Assembly: GCA_049296855.1 (NCBI GenBank)
Contig: JBAQTF010000010.1
Span: forward strand, 22,094-86,093
Direction of reading: 5' to 3'
DNA from: Minisyncoccia bacterium
GTDB taxonomy: Bacteria > Patescibacteriota > Minisyncoccia > Phycocordibacterales > DATDWN01
Length of the DNA: 64,000 nt
This document shows, in pieces, positions 57,588 to 64,000 of the stretch (within the stretch, counting starts at the first letter, position 1; each line of letters starts with the position of its first letter). Under the pieces are notes generated by a model. That model did not search any database. It was given only the letters and a program-made list of their open reading frames with translations, and was not told the origin of the DNA. The position numbers and the translations under genes are program-made.

Positions 57588-57636
57588 GTAACTATACGAT
57601 ATATCGTATAGTTAAAATTAATTGGTTTGATTAATT

Positions 57637-58758
57637 TTAATTTGTCTTTAGTAAAACTTCAGTGATCAAATCCACCAACCCTGGAACATTTTTCTCTTGA
57701 AACTTTTTGGCAAAAGCTGGAACATCCTGACTGAGGAACTGCTCAAGTGACATTCCTAGTTCACTTTTCATACTCCTGTTTATGTATGGAACCGTAATGG
57801 CGTTCAAGCCACGATCACTCGTGGTTGTACCGTCTGAGCTAGTACTGATAATTCCAATAAGGGTCGCAAATCTATCTACAACGAGACCCCCGGAGGACCC
57901 CTTCTGAGAAACAACTGTACCTGGAACGGCCAACAGATCTCTCGTACCCTCTTTAAAAGTAAAAATATCTTTGATGGTTGTTATAGCACTGGCTATATTC
58001 AGATTTTGAGCAATTGATTGTCCTCCTAGAAAACCTGCTGGGTATGAGACTAGAAGCACTGGTTCACCCTTCTCAATATTTTCGCGAATGTCCATTGGGA
58101 TAAATAAAAAACTCTCTGGAAGACTTGAACCATCGACACTATCAATTATGCGCAAAAAAGCAAAATCATTTTCTCCTGTACCTTTTGGATTCTGATCCTT
58201 TATAATAGCACTGTTGTTTTCAACCCAAGTTGGAGAAATATAAACCATTTCTAAATCATATTTTGGATAAGCTGGACTACCTGTTCGAACAACACATTTT
58301 ATAAAATCTTTCTGGCGAAAATCTTTCAAAAGTAAATACTGCGCTATATGAGCGTTTGTCAAAATTACTCCGTCTTTAGTAACGACAACACCCGTACCTG
58401 ATATAGGAGAGAGACTCCCGCCTATCGTCGTGCAGTAAATGTTAACTGTAGCTTGCCTCGCATATGTGTTTATCAACTCGAAGTCAGGTATTGGTCCTGT
58501 AAAAGTCATCGGAGTAGACTGTGCAGGGTCTGGTATTGGTTTTGTCTTCGTAACTGCTTTTGTCGTTGTAGCTAATTTTGCTTTTGTTGTGATAGTAGCA
58601 GGTTTGGTTTGCTCTGTACTTGAACTAATGACGATTTCACTAGTTGTCGTGGCAATAGGCACAGAAACAGGAGAAGCGACATATACCCTCGTACTAATCC
58701 CACCAAGTATAAGCAGGGGAGCAAATATAAAAGATATGATGCTTTTAATAAACGCCAT
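57637..58758 (-). CDS. Secreted trypsin-like (S1) serine protease
   Basis: Signal/TM N-terminus, Thr-rich linker, GVILTNAHIA (His), GSSGGLVVD (Ser). Confidence 0.7.
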   Translation of the reverse strand: MAFIKSIISFIFAPLLILGGISTRVYVASPVSVPIATTTSEIVISSSTEQTKPATITTKAKLATTTKAVTKTKPIPDPAQSTPMTFTGPIPDFELINTYARQATVNIYCTTIGGSLSPISGTGVVVTKDGVILTNAHIAQYLLLKDFRQKDFIKCVVRTGSPAYPKYDLEMVYISPTWVENNSAIIKDQNPKGTGENDFAFLRIIDSVDGSSLPESFLFIPMDIRENIEKGEPVLLVSYPAGFLGGQSIAQNLNIASAITTIKDIFTFKEGTRDLLAVPGTVVSQKGSSGGLVVDRFATLIGIISTSSDGTTTSDRGLNAITVPYINRSMKSELGMSLEQFLSQDVPAFAKKFQEKNVPGLVDLITEVLLKTN

Positions 58759-58833
58759 GAGCTGATTATATCACCTTGTTGTCTTTATAAAAAAATTGCG
58801 ATAAAAGTTTTTTTTTGCTAGGATAATTCAATT

Positions 58834-58904
58834 GCGGGATTAGTTTAGTGGTAAAACGACAGTTTTCCAAACTGTAGTCACCGATTCGATTCCGGTATCC
58901 CGCA
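58834..58904 (+). tRNA. tRNA-Gly (anticodon UCC)
   Basis: Acceptor GCGGGAT/ATCCCGC, anticodon stem-loop ACAGT-TTTCCAA-ACTGT. Confidence 0.75.
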
Positions 58905-58918
58905 CACAGTCTATAAAC

Positions 58919-58947
58919 AAAAAAGCGCCAACTGACGCTTTTTTGAT
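58919..58947. terminator. Bidirectional terminator between tRNA-Gly and hup
   Basis: AAGCG-ccaactga-CGCTT, then TTTTTG. Confidence 0.5.
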
Positions 58948-58965
58948 TTTCCACTAGATAAGCGA

Positions 58966-59238
58966 CTACTTTACGGCTTCTTTGAGAGCTTTAGCTGCTC
59001 TAAATTTTGGAACTTTCATTGATGGAACAGAAATAGCTTCTCCAGTTCTTGGGTTTCGAGCTTGTCTAGCAGCTCGAGTCTTTGTTGAAAAGATCCCCAA
59101 TCCTGCAATCGAAACCTCACCACCTTTTTTGAGTGTTCCAACTATTGATTCTATTACTAGATCAACGACTTCTTCAGCTTGGACTTTTGTACCGCCTAGT
59201 TTTCCGTGTACTGCGTCCACAATTGATGCTTTATTCAT
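58966..59238 (-). CDS. hup: DNA-binding protein HU
   Basis: 90 aa. ...GFGKFEVRERAARxGRNPxTGE... pattern (IFSTKTRAARQARNPRTGEAI). Confidence 0.9.
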   Translation of the reverse strand: MNKASIVDAVHGKLGGTKVQAEEVVDLVIESIVGTLKKGGEVSIAGLGIFSTKTRAARQARNPRTGEAISVPSMKVPKFRAAKALKEAVK

Positions 59239-59492
59239 GATTAATAATTATTAAACACTAATAATTCTGACTTATCTACTATGGGGTTATTATATACCAA
59301 CGTTTTTTTGACGCAACAACTTGACTAATAGTTAAAAAATTGTAGAAAGAACCACAAATACGAAGTGCTCGAAACAAATTAAATCGCCTCAGGTACTAGG
59401 CGCAGGAAATTTTGTGAGTGAGCCGTACTAATCGTACGGTGAATGAACAAAATTGAACTGCAACAACGCAGATGAGGTGATTTCATTTGTTT

Positions 59493-61022
59493 CTAGCGTG
59501 CAAACTCGATAGTTCGTAACTCACGAATGACGGCTACTTTGATTTCACCTGGATATTTGAGTTCAGATTCTATTCGAGTAGCTATATCTCTAGCCATTCT
59601 TTTAGCTTCTAAGTCTGTCACTTCAGTAGGAGTAACAAAAATCCTTATTTCACGGCCTGCTTGAAGAGCGTATGACTTTTCAACACCTTTGAATGAATTG
59701 GCCACTGCTTCTAGGTCTTTTAGTCGTTTTAAGTAATTTTCGACACTGTCTCTTCTCGCTCCTGGACGTCCGCCAGATATAGCATCTGCGGACTGGACTA
59801 TCATTGATTCTAAAGTTTCATAAGGATATTCCTCATGATGTGCTTGCATTGCTTTGATAATGTCTTCGTCTGTACCAAATTTTTGAAGAATCCTGCGCCC
59901 TATTTCAACGTGCGTACCAATAACTTCATGATCTAGTGCTTTACCAATGTCATGAACAAGTGCACCCGCTTTTGCTATTTGAACATTTGCACCAATTTCT
60001 TCAGCAAGCATACCCGCAATATGAGTCATCTCTACTGAGTGAGCTAATACATTCTGACCATAACTTGTACGAAAATGAAGTCTACCTAATATAGATATTA
60101 CTCTAGAATCAAGTCCCAAAACTCCAGTTTCATAAACAGCTTCTTCACCTTTTTCTTTTATTATCTTCGTAATTTCTTGTTCTGACTTAGCAACCATTTC
60201 TTCTATTTTTGCTGGCTGAATACGCCCATCAGCAATAAGTTTTTCCAATGCCAGTCTAGCGACCTGACGACGGACAGGATCAAAAGAGGAGATGGTGATA
60301 GAGCCTGGTGTATCATCGACAATGACCTCGACTCCAGTGCAACGCTCGAAAGCTTTGATGTTTCGTCCCTCTTTCCCAATAATTTTTCCTTTCAGTTCAT
60401 CGTTTGGTATCTCCACATGAGTTGTCATCATATCCGAAGTCACAGAGTTTGAAAGACGCTGAATCGATGCGGCAAGAATTCCTTTAGCTTTTTCTTCAAG
60501 TTTTTCTTGACCAGTCATCTCCAATTTTCTCATGCGAGCAAGAATATCTTCTTCTGATTCTCTTTCTACAGTTCGAAGAATTTCTATCTTTGCCTCTTCA
60601 GGTGTCAATCTAGCTATTTTCTGTAACTCCTCCTTTTTTTGAAGTTCAGTTTTTTCAGCAGTTTCTCTTATGACTTTTATCTCCTGAATCCTTTTTTTGA
60701 CCTCTTCAACCTCTTTATCCATTTCTGTCTGTCTATTCAAAAGTAACTCATCTTTTTTGACAAGTCTTTCTTCCGTTTTCTTGTTATCATCCTCCTTCTG
60801 TTTAATCTCGACACGAGCAACTTTCAAAATCTCTTCAGCCTTTTTGTCGGCTTCGTCGATGATCGCTTTCTCGCGGTTCTTTGCTTCGAGCATCATTTGT
60901 TTGATGTCGAGCTCCATCGAACCTTTTTTCCCAAGTGAAATAATCAGACGCAGATAATAACCTAATCCTAATGATATAAGCGATGCTGTACTAAGTAACA
61001 GCGCAACTATTTTTAATGACAT
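59493..61022 (-). CDS. rny: Ribonuclease Y
   Basis: N-terminal TM, coiled coil, KH domain (GKIIGKEGRNIKAFE), HD domain (HSVEMTHIAGMLA...HDIGK). Confidence 0.9.
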   Translation of the reverse strand: MSLKIVALLLSTASLISLGLGYYLRLIISLGKKGSMELDIKQMMLEAKNREKAIIDEADKKAEEILKVARVEIKQKEDDNKKTEERLVKKDELLLNRQTEMDKEVEEVKKRIQEIKVIRETAEKTELQKKEELQKIARLTPEEAKIEILRTVERESEEDILARMRKLEMTGQEKLEEKAKGILAASIQRLSNSVTSDMMTTHVEIPNDELKGKIIGKEGRNIKAFERCTGVEVIVDDTPGSITISSFDPVRRQVARLALEKLIADGRIQPAKIEEMVAKSEQEITKIIKEKGEEAVYETGVLGLDSRVISILGRLHFRTSYGQNVLAHSVEMTHIAGMLAEEIGANVQIAKAGALVHDIGKALDHEVIGTHVEIGRRILQKFGTDEDIIKAMQAHHEEYPYETLESMIVQSADAISGGRPGARRDSVENYLKRLKDLEAVANSFKGVEKSYALQAGREIRIFVTPTEVTDLEAKRMARDIATRIESELKYPGEIKVAVIRELRTIEFAR

Positions 61023-61250
61023 ATTTTTCGGAAAACAGGTAGTTTCGTTTCTCTAGATGTGAAATTTTCTGAATGTGCTTTCTAAAAGAAAAATATTTAA
61101 GTTTTTTTAATTGTAATTTGGTAAAATCGTAATAAATCGTAAAATGTACATAAAAAACAAAAACAACCGGTTATTTAATTAAAGTAAATAATACCCCTAC
61201 TATATAGGAAAGAGGGAAATAAGTCAAAAACCAGGAGAAAAACTAGTGTT

Positions 61251-61820
61251 TTAGAGAACTTTGTCAATAATTCCGTACTTTTTAGCCTCCTCAGCGGACA
61301 TGAAGAAATTTCTATCCATATCCTTTTCTATCTTAGTTAGTGACTGTCCAGTATTTTTTGCTAGTATTTTATTTAATTCGGCTCTGGTTTTTATGATATG
61401 TCTAGCTGATATTTCGATGTCAGATGCCTGTCCTTCTGCTCCTCCGAGAGGTTGATGAATCATTACTTCTGCGTTCGGCAAAGCAAATCTTTTCCCTTTT
61501 GCCCCTGATGCTAGTATGTGAGCCCCCATAGACGCGGCAATTCCTACTGCAACTGTAGATATATCGTTTTTTATGTGGTTCATCGTGTCTATAATTGCGA
61601 GACCTGCTGTAACTGAGCCACCTGGTGAATTTATATAAAAAGAAATGTCTTTTTTAGGATCCTCTGATTGAAGGAATAACATTTGAGCAATAATAAGGTT
61701 GGCCACATGGTCATCTATCGGACCATCTAGGAAAATTATATTATCTCGCAAAAGACGCGAGAAAATGTCGTACGCTCTCTCGCCAAATTGAGATTTCTCT
61801 ATTACTGTTGGTATAAGCAT
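61251..61820 (-). CDS. clpP: ATP-dependent Clp protease proteolytic subunit
   Basis: Catalytic Ser in the GIAASMGA context, plus His and Asp; 189 aa. Confidence 0.9.
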   Translation of the reverse strand: MLIPTVIEKSQFGERAYDIFSRLLRDNIIFLDGPIDDHVANLIIAQMLFLQSEDPKKDISFYINSPGGSVTAGLAIIDTMNHIKNDISTVAVGIAASMGAHILASGAKGKRFALPNAEVMIHQPLGGAEGQASDIEISARHIIKTRAELNKILAKNTGQSLTKIEKDMDRNFFMSAEEAKKYGIIDKVL

Positions 61821-61928
61821 TCTGGCAGTATATCAGAAAGTTTAAAATAGACAAATAATAAACTCTTGACGACTTTAGTTTAGAGAGTAGGATAAGAGGC
61901 GCGGCGTTATGCCTCTTTTTCTTTAAAT

Positions 61929-62879
61929 ATGGAATATTTATCAAAAAAAGTTGTCTGTCTTGGAGGTGGAACTGGTTTGCCGGTTCTTCTTTCAGGTCTT
62001 AAATCTAATCCATGGCTTGAACTATCAGCGATAGTTAATATGTTTGATAATGGAGGTAGCTCAGGTGAGTTAATGGACAAGTTTGGAATATTGCCACCTG
62101 GCGATGTTTTAAAGTGTCTTTTAGCTCTTTCAAAATATGAACAATCAGCTCGTGAAATATTATTAAAAAGAATTAGGAACAAAAAATATTCTGGCCATAC
62201 AGGTGGAAACGTTTTACTTTTAGGTTTTGAAAAAGTTTTTGGTGATCATGACTCTGCAATTAATGCACTTGGACAACTTTTGTCTATCAAGGGTAAAGTT
62301 ATTCCGGTTACAGGTGAGCCGAGTACTATATGTGCTCAATATGAAGGGGGTGAGATTTATAAAGGTGAAACAAGTGTCGACAAAGGAATTAAAGAGGGGA
62401 AAGTGGTAAAAAAGCTATATTTAGAGCCAGAAGTTGAGGTTTCAGAGGAAGCCTTAAAATCAATCGCAGAAGCTGATTTTATCTGTATGGGACCAGGAAG
62501 TTTTTATACAAGTATTATACCAAATTTTTTGCCTAAGAAAATCAAAGAAACAATATCTGAATCAGGAGCTAAAATAATTTTTATATGTAATCTTTTTACA
62601 GAAGGAAAGGGAATGAAAAAATATACAGCCGAAACTTTTGTTTCTATTTTAGAAAAATATATCGGTAGAAAAGTTGATACGGTTATAGTAAACAAATCAC
62701 TTCAAGGCAAAGATGTTTTGAAACGTTATTCAGTCGAAGATAAATATCCCGTCGTTGTTGATAAAAAAAATAAAGATCCTCGCTTTATATTTGCCAATCT
62801 TTGGACAGATTCGCATTTTGCTCGTCATGACTCTGTGAGACTAGCCAATTTAATCTCTGGGGTCATCGATTTGAAATAG
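61929..62879 (+). CDS. YvcK/CofD-family gluconeogenesis factor (UPF0052)
   Basis: VVCLGGGTGLPVLLSGLK N-terminus. Confidence 0.8.
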   Translation: MEYLSKKVVCLGGGTGLPVLLSGLKSNPWLELSAIVNMFDNGGSSGELMDKFGILPPGDVLKCLLALSKYEQSAREILLKRIRNKKYSGHTGGNVLLLGFEKVFGDHDSAINALGQLLSIKGKVIPVTGEPSTICAQYEGGEIYKGETSVDKGIKEGKVVKKLYLEPEVEVSEEALKSIAEADFICMGPGSFYTSIIPNFLPKKIKETISESGAKIIFICNLFTEGKGMKKYTAETFVSILEKYIGRKVDTVIVNKSLQGKDVLKRYSVEDKYPVVVDKKNKDPRFIFANLWTDSHFARHDSVRLANLISGVIDLK

Positions 62880-62909
62880 TTGATTTATGTTATAATGATT
62901 TGACTACAA

Positions 62910-63614
62910 ATGAGACTCCACAGGTTTTATGTAAAAACTCCTATTTCAGAGGATAAATTCGATATATCCGACCGTGATCTTGTGCATCAATGGAGGAGTG
63001 TTTTTCGATACAATGTTGGTAGTCAAGTAATTCTTTTTGATGGATCTGGAATAGATTACTTGGCTTTAATCACATCTCTTCGTAATACCGGAGCGACCAT
63101 GGAAATAATAGAGAAAAAATTTAGAAAAAATCTAAACAACGCAAGGAATCTTTTTCTGTGCGTTGGACTTATAAAAAAAGATAACTTTGAACTTGTTGTG
63201 CAGAAAACGACCGAACTCGGAGCCAAACACATTATCCCCGTGCTTTGCGAAAGAAGCGAGAAAAAAAATCTAAATATGAAACGTCTAGAAAAAATTGCTA
63301 TCGAAGCTTCAGAGCAATCAGGTCGAGGAGATATTCCAATAATCAGTGAAATCGTAGAGCTTTCTTATCTACTAAAAAATAACACTCTACCTAAAGAAAA
63401 ATTTTTCCTACACATGGATGGACAGTATATCGGTGACACTTTACAAAATAAAAATTCCAAAGATTTAGCTGTATTTATAGGACCAGAAGGCGGCTTTAGT
63501 GACAAAGAAATTCAAGATTTTGCTTTTCACAATACCCCAAGTGTCTCTCTAGGCACCCAAACTCTCCGAGCCGAAACAACAGCCATTGCTGTGACGAGTC
63601 TATTACTTTTGTGA
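62910..63614 (+). CDS. rsmE: 16S rRNA (uracil1498-N3)-methyltransferase
   Basis: MRLHRFYV... N-terminus, PUA-like domain plus SPOUT fold. Confidence 0.85.
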   Translation: MRLHRFYVKTPISEDKFDISDRDLVHQWRSVFRYNVGSQVILFDGSGIDYLALITSLRNTGATMEIIEKKFRKNLNNARNLFLCVGLIKKDNFELVVQKTTELGAKHIIPVLCERSEKKNLNMKRLEKIAIEASEQSGRGDIPIISEIVELSYLLKNNTLPKEKFFLHMDGQYIGDTLQNKNSKDLAVFIGPEGGFSDKEIQDFAFHNTPSVSLGTQTLRAETTAIAVTSLLLL

Positions 63615-64000
63615 TTCCAAAAACTGAAAAACTAGCTCATTAGTCAAGAATGTTTCAATATACATCCTAACTCGAAAACGTTCTGCGTCTTTGTAGTGAG
63701 AGAGGATATGCTCCATTTCTTTTTTTATATCTTCTTCTTTTGGTGCAATACTCTCATCTTTTGCGATAGTGTTCAAAATAACTTGAGATTTAGCCCTCTT
63801 TACTGCTGTTTCTTTCCACTCAAGTTTGAGATCAAACTCAGTTTTATTTATATGTTTTAAATACTCCTCGTAAGAAACTCCTGATTTCGCTATATCGTCC
63901 TTAAATTGAGCCAACATTTTTTCCATTTCACCTTCGATAATAATTTTTGGTAAATCTATTGTTGAAGAATCCATTATCGCCTCTAACATCGCAGTCCTCT
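63603..64000 (-). CDS. tig: Trigger factor, C-terminal domain only; the gene runs off the window end
   Basis: The C-terminal helical-domain sequence is trigger-factor-like, and the frame is open to the window edge. The printed sequence and the ORF track disagree by 1 nt here. Confidence 0.55.
   Translation of the reverse strand, partial: RTAMLEAIMDSSTIDLPKIIIEGEMEKMLAQFKDDIAKSGVSYEEYLKHINKTEFDLKLEWKETAVKRAKSQVILNTIAKDESIAPKEEDIKKEMEHILSHYKDAERFRVRMYIETFLTNELVFQFLESQK

Noticed and set aside
59340-59480. SRP (4.5S) RNA in the GC-rich hairpin region
   Set aside because: The conserved domain IV motifs (GGAA tetraloop context, GCAGCC/AAGG) are absent on both strands.

Overview
This is an AT-rich bacterial window (GC looks about 35-40% by eye). 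All genes read cleanly in the standard genetic code, and the window contains an RF2 gene with the SPF motif, so UGA is a stop codon. Gene content looks like a reduced-genome Patescibacteria/CPR-type organism; that lineage call is an inference and was not computed.

Ordinary housekeeping content includes pyrG, ftsE/ftsX, prfB, gatC/gatA, ligA, hup, rny, clpP, rsmE, the 3' end of tig, cca, xth, an XerC/D-type recombinase, a peroxiredoxin, two ECF sigma factors and about 12 tRNA genes. There is also a complete type IV pilus / competence cluster: pilM-pilN-pilO-pilB-REC-pilT-pilC, two pilA genes, pilD, several minor pilins, then comFC.

Accessory content worth a second look:
- An integrated element is bounded on the left by tRNA-Ser(GCU), with a large serine recombinase gene overlapping the tRNA 3' end (35.9 kb to about 43.2 kb). 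It carries hypothetical, membrane and nuclease genes plus a GC-rich structured-RNA region.
- Inside that element, a 2.7-kb cassette is flanked by 38-bp direct repeats. It encodes an Mrr-like PD-(D/E)xK nuclease convergent with a 401-aa protein carrying an R-x4-H HEPN-like motif, a candidate two-gene defence system.
- A second, unrelated protein carries the same R-x4-H motif and has an unusual architecture: TM, three SH3b-like repeats, TM, then a HEPN-like domain.
- A phosphoglycerate mutase-pyruvate kinase fusion protein in which the PK part lacks the lid domain.
- A family of small tRNA-3'-end-associated insertions with duplicated tRNA 3' ends, next to tRNA-Asp, the initiator tRNA and tRNA-Arg.
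- A second T2SS/T4P-like gene set that includes a pseudopilin fused to an LVIVD beta-propeller.
- A candidate reduced RNase P RNA.
- Several high-GC islands: a DksA/TraR zinc-finger gene and a 69-aa membrane peptide.
- Tandem hairpin repeats upstream of a major pilin gene.

All coordinates were read off the printed line numbers and could be off by 1 nt. No searches or computations were run.
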